A stretch of 64,000 bases of DNA, taken from positions 1 through 64,000 of the forward strand of contig JBFLGF010000223.1 in the NCBI GenBank assembly GCA_050230475.1. Reading direction: 5' to 3'. Below, in pieces: positions 12,214 through 22,830 of this stretch. The notes under the pieces were generated by a model. That model was not told where the DNA came from, did not search any database, and was given only the letters and a program-made list of their open reading frames with translations. Within the stretch, counting starts at the first letter, position 1. Each line of letters opens with the position of its first letter. This DNA comes from Ancylonema sp. Taxonomy: Eukaryota. Position numbers and translations under genes: made by a program.

Positions 12214-15200
12214 CTAACATTTGACATAAGCGTCAAATGATGATGACGGTGCAGATCCTCCAGCAAGGGAGCTTTTAAAGTAACAACGTTTTTTTCCATA
12301 GAGGAGGCCAACGCAGCCCACATCTGCATTACATGTGCCTACGCAATAACTCAATGAGCCAGCAGAGTTACTCTTATCTCCATTCAAATAAGTCGTGGAA
12401 GGCTGATAGAGATAATGAGCCTTCTGCGCGCCGCAGACGGCTGTGGGAAGGAAGGGATACAAGGCAAGGGTTGAATGGTTGTCAGAATCAAGAATTATGA
12501 TATGGTATATATACATATGATATGCTGTAAATAATTTAGATGGTGGGCCACATGAGGTGCTCGTAACAAACGGTTCTTGATCCTGACATGGCATCGCAGA
12601 CCACAGTCATCATGCCTGAGTGGGTGCTGAAAGTTAGTCACCAGGAGATTTTTGCAATGGTGACAAAAGAATACAAAGGAAAGGAAACAATTTCTTGCAG
12701 GACCGGATATTACCTAAAATGGTAAAACAAGAGTTAAGTATATCGCTTACGTGCAGCTGGCGGCCCTGCAGTCGTGTTGCACGGAACATACGTGTCCGCG
12801 CCATTGTAGTTTTTTGCAGGAGAAAGGGAGGTCTTCATTGCACAGCTCGCCTGGAGATACACGAATCCGGCGCAATTGTTCGTGGCACTGCAGTTGGTGG
12901 CGCACTGGGCAGGGCTCTGGCTGGAGATGGTGAGGTACGTGAACCCAGGGCGGTTCTGATTGGTATAGGTACGGAAACCAGGAAGGGGATAACCGCAGGT
13001 GCCTGAGACTGGGGGTGGGGGGGCTGGTGGGGATGGAGGGGGGAACGGTGGTGGAGGGGGGGGGGGAGGGGGAGAGGGGGGGATTGGGGCTGTTGGGGGA
13101 GGGGAGACAAAGGGAGGGGGTGGTGGGCTTGGTGGAGGAGGTGAGGGGACAGGGGTCGCAGGGGGGGGGGGGGGGGAGGGAGGAGGAGGGGCCGCAGGTG
13201 GGGGCGATACCGAGCTGGTAGGTGCCCCAGGTGGGGCCATGTAACTGGCTATTGTGAAGATGGCAGGGCCACCTGCTTGGATGTACCCAAAATTAGCTGA
13301 AGCACCAGGGCCGAGGGTGCTGGCCCAGGAGGGGAGAGTACAAACGGAGTTCGAATTTGGGGGGTTGACGTTCCAGAAGTTCCCGGAGGTGGAGCCAGGG
13401 GCGGAGAAATTGAAGCAGAGGAGCATAACGTTGGAGGCAGTGAGAGTGGGGCTATTGTTCTGCACATTGCAACTATACTGGGAGAAGTTGGGGGGCCACG
13501 AGTTCACAGCAGAGCAGGTGACGCTCACAATCGTGCCTGGAACAAGGGGTGGGGGGACAAGTCAGAAATGTCGGCACACAGCTTTACTCGTGCCATGAAG
13601 GAATGACAGATGCTATCCAGGCATATTGACACCACTGCACTCACCAGTGAATGGGGGAGGGGGGGGTGAAGGGGGAGGGGAAGGGGGAGGAGGAGGGGAG
13701 GGAGGAGGTGAAGGAGGCGGGGGCGGGGAGGGAGGGGGGGGGGGTGATGGGGGTGGGGAAGGAGGGGGTGGGGGGGATGGAGGAGGAGGAGGTCCAGGGG
13801 GCAAAGACAAGACATATAGCTTCGCCAGCACCCCGACTGCCCCTGAATTGATGTAGGTGGTTGGTTCAGCTTGGTTGTAATTGGAGCGTAGGTCAACATA
13901 CTTGTCAGACTGCATAGGGGTAGGGACGATTGTAGTCGGTTAGTTTGCTGGTAGAGTAGTTACGGGTGGTAAATTGTTTTGCATGTGATTATCGAGTATT
14001 TTGACTTGGGTGACCACTTAAATTCATATGTGACATCAGGATGACCACATTACATTCTGTGTGTGAGCCTTGTCTGATGACATCCATTAAACATGAACAT
14101 GAAATCAATACACCCCTTCCATCATCATCCCTCCTCTGAGCAGGTCCATCATTGACTGCACGACTCACGTTATCTGGTCCTCCCACAATCGCCCCAATGT
14201 GGACATTGGCGTTGGGCTTGGGGGTGTTGAAGTAAAGGCTGAAGGTTTGTCCACAAGAGGTGAACTGCGGCTGTACGTGGATGGAGGGGTTGGATGACCC
14301 TCTGTGGTGCGGCTGCTGAGCGTAGTTTGTGCCAAATCCAACCATGGAAGAGAACCCAGCGGCGTTCACACCAAGGATGTAGTTCATCTGAAAGGTAATT
14401 CCGAATGAGGATACGTCTGAAACCATAGCTTGTGTCTACCTGGATGAATTCATAAATCCATTCAGACCCTCTCAGGTGCGAAAAGTAGATTGTGAGTGAT
14501 TGAACAAAAGCTTCACATTTCCTGATTCAAAAGCCACCACAAACCACTTTATATCACCTCCACCTCCACCACCACTACTGCCATCTGACACCTGACACCT
14601 CAACTGCTTTACCTGGAACTTAGAAAAGGCGAACTCAGCTGTCGGGGTGACAGCCGTCGACTGGCACTGCAAAGTGAGACCTGCTGTCGCCTGGTAGTCA
14701 GAATGAACGGAGACCAAGAAGGCTGCGTTGGTGACGTACTGGTTGTTCACTCCTCGGATGTACAGCAAACCCTCTGCGCAATTCCCGAAACATTGCAAAA
14801 TCATAATCTTCAATTACATCAGAGAGAAAGGTAAAACGTGCAAAGGAAAGGCAAGATATCAATCCCAAGCCCATTCATACTCATCAACCCTGACCCAATC
14901 TATCATCCAAATATAAATACCATCCTCATATGGTGAGTGGGGAAGAAGGCTCACCGGGGGAGTGGCCCACAGAGTAGAACGGGTTCCCAGGCACATTGTT
15001 GCACACAAAGCGGTCAGCCATGGCTTTGTACTGCTGGAGCATGGCAGTTACAGAAGAATTGGACTTGTCATATGTGCCGAGTAGCAGCACCTAGTAGGCA
15101 GACACAGGGGCAGTCAGTGTGGGTGCAGGTTAGTGGGTAGGCGGTGGTGACACATGACGAAAAAGGAGAGACGTGTACTCAACCCATACATGCTATAGAG

Positions 15201-17199
15201 TACATGGTATAGAGTAGGAAACCGAAGGTATAATTAGGTGCAGAAATGGTTCCTCCATCTCCACGCAACCTCCCCATTGCTCGTTAATGTTTCTCTGGTG
15301 TCATCTATACCTTTGCCATGAGCAGCTGCGCTCCAGCCGTCTTATCGTCCCAACTGAACTCTGTCACCTGGCGACTGCTGACTTTGAGAGCGACGTCGTT
15401 TGTGAGGAGGTAGGTCATGTGTGTGGGGCTGCTGGTCGCCTGGTACAGCCAGGCAGCAGCCCATGCCAGCTCATCATTGTACCCCGAGTAGGAGTGGTAG
15501 AACACGTTAGCAGCGGGGATGGCATTGGAGTAGGTGCCTCGGTATATGTCTGCAAAGGAAAAAAGCTGAGAAGGGAGGGAGAGGCCGAGCAGGTTGGTGG
15601 GCTGACTGGGAGATTAGAATGTGGAATCTCGTTGAGAAGGCATGACAGCTGGCAAAATTCTGATCTGACATCAGGCGCGACCGAAATCAGGCACGACCGA
15701 AACCAGATACCGAAACCAGCCATTATTCATCAAAGCCCGCCCCCCCCGTCTGTCCACAATTGTCAAGTGTAATCACCTGTTTGGCATGCACGAGGCAGAG
15801 TGCAGAGTACGCAGGATCGGTGGTCTGAAACACGACGGACGTGGCAGCAAGAGCAGCAGCCGTCTCTGCCGCCAGTTCGGTCCCGGGATTGGTGGCCGTG
15901 ATATTAAAGGCGACTCGGTTGGTGTCCAGGTCCTCCGGGCGTTCCCAGCAGCTGTGGTCAGAGTCATCTCCTACCTGAGTGGTTGGGCCAGGCAAAGGGG
16001 GAGGGAAACAGGGGGGATGGGTGAGTTCGAAATTCGGGGTGCGTGTTTTGAATTTATAATCGAATAAAAAAATGGATTTTGTAATGTGAATTTACAGAAA
16101 CTTTCTGAGGATCCTTATCTCCATAGAAAAAAGTGTACGTGGATGCTTTGTGCACACAATCACATCTGCTTCATCCCCCATTCATTTCAATACCCATCTT
16201 CCCGTTTCGCCTCCCACTCCACTGCTCACCTGTCCCCATAAAACAAAGGGAGCTGTATGTGCCTTTATTAAGTAATCGGTGCCCCACTTGAGGGCAGTGG
16301 TGGCATATCCTAATTGGTTCGCGTGTGCCAGCTGGCTTCCGTATTCGATGATGCTCCAGGCAAGCATGGTCATGCTGTAGGCCATAGGGAATCCAAACTT
16401 GACGTTGTCTCCGGCATCATAGTAACCACCAGTAAGATTCACCTGGCAGGAGAAGGGAACACATATCAAGGTCAGGTGGGGTATTGGGGAGATGGCTGCT
16501 GCACTGTTATCTGTTTCGAGTATGGCGGGAATATTATCTCAAGATACGGCATTGCTTAACACAGAATTGACACATCAAGGAAGGAGTGATATGGACTGGT
16601 GTATACACTGCTGTAAAATGGATTCAATACGAATGGTGTATCTATTCGAGGTGGGGGAAAACAAAAAGCGAAATCAAAGTTAGGACAGACAGGGTTGTAT
16701 TGTCAGGGTCGACACGAGGGGAATGCAGTGGGCCCGGCATGATTAACTGTGTCGATTTTTCCTGTATAACAAGAGCAGGGTCATTTCTACCTAGAAGCGG
16801 CCAATAAATATTGAAACAACTTGAAATCCCACAGAACAGTCACTCTCATAATAGTCACACTCTCTTTCGTTCTCAGTAACGTGACTGATACATGATAACT
16901 TCCATACATAACTAGAATCATGACCTCAAGCTTCGGGTTAAAAATAAAATTGTGGTCCCCACTGCGTCGCTGGCACTCACCCCCTGTGCAATCCCGTCCA
17001 TCAATCCCGAGTTGTCTCTCCATGTGGCTCGCATGATGGAAAGGTCCACTGCGCCTGACCGCTGCCCTTCGTAAAAAATGATTGCCTTGGTCAGAGCATC
17101 GAGGTAGTCAGGGTCGGCAGCTGAAGCGCCGGTCAGGGAGGTGCAGAGACAGAGAAGGGCAGCCGAGAGCACCCAGAGTGATGGCCGTGGGCGACCCAT
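12214..17199 (-). CDS. Secreted GH9 endo-1,4-beta-glucanase: signal peptide, GH9, Pro-rich linker, CBM49/CBM2-like, Pro-rich linker, two PAN/Apple-like domains. Exons 17199-16981, 16442-16230, 15974-15777, 15565-15311, 15090-14955, 14773-14613, 14387-14169, 13909-13645, 13536-12751, 12440-12214
   Basis: GH9 motifs [102 protein letters not shown]. All nine GT-AG introns are phase-compatible. CBM signature [19 protein letters not shown]. Confidence 0.93.
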
Positions 17200-18269
17200 T
17201 GCACCTAAGTAGCCAGTCGACCGTAATAAATAAAAGCTGCACGACTGGCCAGGCGAGGACTGCGAGTACGGGACTGAGTGGTAATGCTTCGAATACGACT
17301 CTCTGAGATGGAGAGCTGGAGTAATCCCAAGGCCGGGAAGTTCGTAATTGTATGAGAAAGTGAACTATTGGTGAGTGAATTGTTAAGGGGAGAGGTGGCA
17401 GCTGCGCATTTGGCTGCAAACAATTGAATGGTGTATGCTAGTCAGCTGTAGGAAAGGGGAAGACGATTGGTAAGGGCAGCAGTTTTCTGGTTGTCTGTCA
17501 ATTGAGCCTTCACTTAAGCTCCGTCACAGGGGAGGCCTGGGACCGAGCTGCATGTGACGAGGAGACATGGAGGCTGCCACGTCACCAGCACCTCGTGACT
17601 GCTTTACCCTGAGCAGGCGAGATATGAGAGGCAGGGGCGGTCGGTAAGTCGTCGACATGAATGGAACCGCGAGTTTCATGGGGAGATAAGACATTGCAGG
17701 GGCAGGTCGGCAGATCAGATCATGCGATATATCCGCGCCCTTCTTTGATTAGCAACTGAGGCGCACCGACGGACTGGTGTGAAGCGAAAACAACAGACTG
17801 TAGGTGATCCCACGTCAGTGTTAGTAGAGTGAGGTCAGCCGCGGGCGCATGTAACGGCAGCGTAGCGCTTGGTGGAATACCTGAGACAAGGAACACCAGG
17901 TTCTTAAGGTGATTCTTGCAGATTCTCAGGTGGGTTCTCCCATACAGCACGATTCTTCGATTACATTCAAAGAACGGAAAGATTCTCAGGTAGAACTGGA
18001 GCACGTTGCACTCGTGTCAGAAGTGCACCAGCTGGACATTATGTCGACACGCTGTCTGGAGAGTTACTTTATGCGCTAGGCCGGCAGGGAAAATCCAATG
18101 CACATGACGGTTCAGGAGATCAACACTGCAGTATGGACGGCAAGATTCGGAGATGAGAGGTCCGTGCGGTGGGCCCCTGATGAGTGACAGGATTCGTGCG
18201 GTTCGCTGATGCACGGATTGGACGTCCAAGACTAAATCGAGGGAATCATTTCGATGCTTGACTGATAAT

Positions 18270-18900
18270 AGAGAATATATATTGTATATTATTGCAAAAC
18301 GACGGGAACCCCATCTCATTACAAGAACGTGCCTGTAAAGAAACTACATGTCCTAAAAAAACGACAAATATGTGAGCCGAGCGTACTAGACAAAACTAGC
18401 AACAACATGCAACTCCGAAGAAGAAAGTGGAACGCGCGGTGATGGTGGGGGGTAACAAGGCCATGGATCGCTCTAGATGGAGGGTTTTAGCATGTATCGC
18501 ATGTGCTAGCGACCGTTGCAATGCAAACGACACTCTCTGACGGAACCATGTGCAAAACAAGCTAATGGAGGGCCATGATCATGCACCCTCTCTAGATGCT
18601 AACGTGGCACACTCGACCAAAAATCGATCCGACCTATCAAACAATGCACCGTACGTCTCAAGAGCAAAGGGCCCAAATTTCGTCCCAGCTGCGCGCTCCC
18701 GATAGTGGGTTTCCTTCCTTCGCTCCGCATCTGTGGCAGCGACGAGATCATGTCTAGCGGCACGTTCCACCAAATCACGACGCGTAGAATCTGCAACAAC
18801 AATGTCAACCAAAGTGAGCCCCACCACAGCATCCGAAATCACAATACGGACACGCCGTTTGCGCCCCCCAGGAGCCGATGAAGCCAGTGCGCTCCCAATG
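18270..18900 (-). mobile_element. 5'-truncated non-LTR retrotransposon with restriction-like endonuclease (CRE/R2-superclade-like), copy 1
   Basis: VDIVVAD...AERRKETHY...FGPFALETYGA...FRQRVSFALQR is the PD-(D/E)xK RLE C-terminus typical of early-branching LINEs. One stop codon. The 3' part is shared with 36702-36982. Confidence 0.8.
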
Positions 18901-19237
18901 CGCGTGCTGGTTGTGGAATACTCATTTTCTCGTATGGGTATTCGTTAGAGTGCGAAATGTCGCTTAGAGCATTCGCATACTTGACTCGGAATAGATCACT
19001 TAGAAGTTTTGAATTATCTCTGGCAGAGTCCAGGAGTAAGTCTGCTAGGATAAGGCGATAGGGCAAGGACGTGGCGCGGACGCCGGAGTCAGTGCGGTGG
19101 CGGCGCCAAGTTGACCAATGAGGGGTCAGAGCTTGGCGCTCGATCTAAGTTCTGACGCGAAGTTTAACGAATCTACTGAATTGTACGTAGCGAATTGTAC
19201 GGTAACTGAACGAATCTAGGAAATAGTCGAACGGAAT

Positions 19238-19436
19238 TTCGCGCACTATCGTACTGCCGCGGACTATCGTACGCGTCACACTTAACATTACACACTCAAC
19301 AATAGTCGAACGGAATATCGCGCGCACCATCGTACTGCCGCGGATATCGCGCACTATCGTATTGCCGCGGATATCGCGCACTATCGTACTGCCGCGGACT
19401 ATCGTACGCGTCACACTTAGCATTACACACTCAACA
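19238..19436. repeat. Compound tandem repeat (TCGCGCACTATCGTACTGCCGCGGA units plus a duplicated CGCGTCACACTTARCATTACACACTCAACA block)
   Basis: Read directly; lies immediately before the LTR at 19444. Confidence 0.8.
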
Positions 19437-19443
19437 CTGCTGA

Positions 19444-20343
19444 TGTTAGGACCACTCCCTATAGTCACTAGTGTTCTCCTAGTGAGTGTGCCTAACCCGC
19501 ACCCGTGTGCTTCTAGACTATAGTTCAGTTGTGCTTATGTGCATTATGCTATCTTAGTTCTGCCATTTGAGTGTTTGCTTTTCACTATCTAGTTCTAGTC
19601 TTATACTCGATAGGAGCATCCTCATAGTTGCTCCTATCAATTTATGTATTACACCATATATCACTTCCAATTCCCTCTTTCCAGTGTTGTGTGATTGTGT
19701 CTTGCTTTCCTAAGCTATGATACACTCTCACTATTGCATCGTAGCACTTTGATAGGAGAATAATGCTTTGTTCTTGGAATTCAAAAAATCAAAATCGAAA
19801 TAAGTCACGCAATGGCTGAAATTGATGCTGAAGTAGTGCAACCAGAACAAAGCCGCATGGCTACTTTAGAGCACAATTTCCAACAAGCAGTCAATGAGCT
19901 TCATTATCTCAGAAAAGTTGTTGCTCAACGTCCCCCCCCATCCCCACAAACTCGTCCTAATCTTAATTTACCGCAACCACCTCTCTTCTTAGGAATTCCT
20001 AGTGAACTCCAAACGTTTAAAGTCAAACTCCATCAGTTTCTAAAAGGCAATAATAACACCTATTCAGGTTCTGAATCTCAATTAATGCATGCAAGCATCC
20101 TTCTGTCAGGCTCTGCAAACCAGTGGTATGCATCCCTGATTGATCCTACCACCGTCGAACTACCTTCTACGTGTACGCTTGAGATCTTCCTCCAAGAATT
20201 AGAGGACTTTTTCGGGGGGGGGTTCACCCTCCAGTCCCGCGAGCGGTCCCTTGATGTCCTGCGTCACACAAGTTCCGTGTCTGGATTAGCCATTGCTTTT
20301 GAGAACATCACCAACTCCTTCCTTCCCTGTTGGCCTTACCACC
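19444..20343 (+). mobile_element. Gypsy/chromovirus-like element A: 5' LTR 19444-19746, putative self-primer site 19749-19758, gag 19812-20343 (cut by element B)
   Basis: LTR starts TGTTAGGACCACT like elements B and C and ends ...CATCGTAGCA. Gag has PPLFLG...FKVKL...ASILLSGSANQWY...FLQELEDFF (retrotransposon gag type). Confidence 0.8.
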
Positions 20344-22830
20344 TGTCACGACGCGATAGAAGAAGAGCGTCATAGCTTTAGAGCAAGCTTTACACACACA
20401 CAAAACACCGGAATGGGGAGAGGATAGAGTACTATGTGTGAATGAAATACATGAGTTGATAGGAACGTAGGAAACGGCGTTCCTATCGAGCATAAGTACT
20501 AAGTGGTAAAAAAAAGAACAGTAACTAGTTGGGCTAAAGGTAATGACAATCGTGGAATACTAGTAAGGCTAAGCAACGGGAATAACTGGTCACCCTAAGT
20601 GTCGGGGAACTAGTCGGGCTAAGTATTGGGGAATAACTAACGGACATGCACTACTTAGGGACACGCACTAGAGTGGTCCTAACAGTACCCCCCCATTAAG
20701 ACGAGAAGACGGGATAACGGGTACCAGAAAAAACATTGGGAACACGGCGGAGCCGGAAGGGCAAGGTATCGCGCAATACTTTATCGTATCTAACATAGGC
20801 ACTAGATATTACTGTCGGCGGGAACGGGAGGACGTGGTTTAGACGGAAAAAGTCTATGGAATGTGTGTACTGCTAAGCTAGCATGGGATAGGATGTCGGC
20901 AGGCTCCCAGGATCTTTTAGACGCGTCGTATCCCACCCAATCGACGAAATGCTAAAGCTTGCGGCGCCTAATCCGAGAGTCGAGGATGGATTTAACTTCG
21001 AATTCAGGGAGCCCGTCCACTTGGAGGGGAAGAGGGATGTCCACGACGCGGCCCAGGAACTCGTTCGGGATATGATGTTAGGACCACTCTAGTTCGTGTC
21101 CCTAACTAGAGTCGAACCCGACACTTAGCCCGATTCGACGGAGTGACCATTTAATTCGTTTCGCTTAGCTTTTAAGTCTCCGTACACTTAGTCATCATTT
21201 CTATCTTTCGATTATTTCCGTTAACTATTCGTTTCGCTTCGCTCGCTTCACTAGTTACCGTTCTTACACTAGAGCTCACTTCATCCTAGTTCCTCCTTTA
21301 ATATACAGCATCGATAGGAACGTCATTCATTTCGTTCCTATCAACTCATGTATTTGTGTTTCCCTCTTAGTGCAAAATCCCTCTTAATTCCCCTTTCCCC
21401 ATTCCGCTCTCGCTTCCGCTTCACTTCATTCCTCTTTACCATCTTCCATTCTTATCAGTCCTTTTCCATCCCTCGTTCACCCCTTGCACTAGTCTCACCA
21501 TTACATATGCGGCTCCAATAGGCTGACATGGAAGACAGGATAGATGTGCATGGACGCGGAAGTTCCAGGTGGAAAGCAGACGATCCAACCTGGCCAATGA
21601 TGACGAAGGGCCCCAGGCGACGTACATCCAACTTGGAAAAAGGACGCGTGGTTGAAATGTGGCGGCGTAAGAGCCACACCTTCTAGCCTCGGACTAGATT
21701 TGGGGTCGGCCGACGGCGCCGATTCGCGGAGAGCTCCATCGCTTTCCGAGCCTTCAGGAGCTCTCGTTGAAGAATAGTTTGAGCCTCTTGCAGCCGTTGC
21801 ACGTGAGAATTGGCGGCTGGGATTGGAGAGTTTGGGGAGGCTAGGAGTAGGGACATCCGAGGGTGGATCCCGTAGTTGGCGTAGAACGGGCTCAAGGTTG
21901 TGGCTGAATGCTTGGAGTTGTTGTAGTTGAATTTTGCCATAGGAAGGAGGCTAGCCCAGTCGGTCTGCTAGTAGTCGTAGTAACTGCGAAGGTGCTGCTC
22001 CAGCAACGAATTTAGTCGCTCCGTCTGGCCATCCGTGTGGGGATAGAATGCGGAAGAGCGGTTGGCCCGGATTCCTAGGAGCTCAAGCAGCCGCCGCCAG
22101 AAGTGGGATGTGAAGACGGGATCGCGATCGCTCACCAAGGTTTTCGGCAAGCCATGAACCCTGACCACTTGCTCGAGGACTAGCGCCGCCACGTCAGGAG
22201 CCGCCATGGATTTGGTAGTCGGAATGAAGATGGCTTGCTTCGTCAGACGGTCCACCACCACCTAGATAACGTCATGGTAGTGGGTAGGGGGTAAGTCGGT
22301 GATCCATTCTAGAGAGCAACTGGACAAGGGCCTAGGAGTGATGGGGAGTGGGGAGAGGAGGCCATAGGGAGCGTGCCGCACCACCTTGTTGCGCGCACAT
22401 GTGTCGTAGCTGCGCACGTAGTAGTTGACAGCAGTAGCTAGCCCTGGCCACTTGTAGTACTGGGCCACGAGGGCCTAGGTCCGTGCCACTCCGTAGTGTC
22501 CCGCTAGTGGAGAGTCATGAAACTCCTAGAGGATCTTCAAGACTAGGGCAAAAGAAGGTAGGAGGAACGAGGAGGCGGCCCTAGTGATAGAGGAGGCCGC
22601 CTTGAAGTCGGAAATTCTAATCCCTAGACCTGCCCGATGGGCTGCCACTTGGCACTGCGGGGTCTCACTCCTAGCCTGGCCCCCCTTGCAACTTGCTGAT
22701 GGTTGCAAAGATGATCGCAACCCCCGCGTGGGCCGCTGCGATTGCTGGGGAGAGGGGGTCGTCCGGCAGCAACAGCACCGCCGCTCCGATCAAGTGGGAG
22801 GTATGGAGCAAAGGACCTACTCGGGATAGG
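20344..22830 (-). mobile_element. Chromovirus element B, 5'-truncated: decayed integrase plus chromodomain, PPT (20685-20694), 3' LTR (20684-20344)
   Basis: HDSPLAGHYG..CARNK, VVVDRLTKQAIF, VSDRDPVFTS, HTDGQTERLN, LGPF, PVFHVSLLEP and chromodomain EFEVKSILDSR..VDWVGY..SWEP. PPT GGGGGGGTAC precedes TGTTAGG...GTGACA. Several TAG stops. Confidence 0.92.
21076..21505 (+). mobile_element. Solo LTR (element C) inserted in element B between integrase and chromodomain
   Basis: TGTTAGGACCACT...TTACA flanked by 5-bp TSD TATGA/TATGC. Removing it restores LLEPH-IPNEF. Confidence 0.88.

Noticed and set aside
19238..19436. CRISPR-like repeat array
   Set aside because: No unique spacers, no cas genes, eukaryotic context; a TE-associated tandem repeat.
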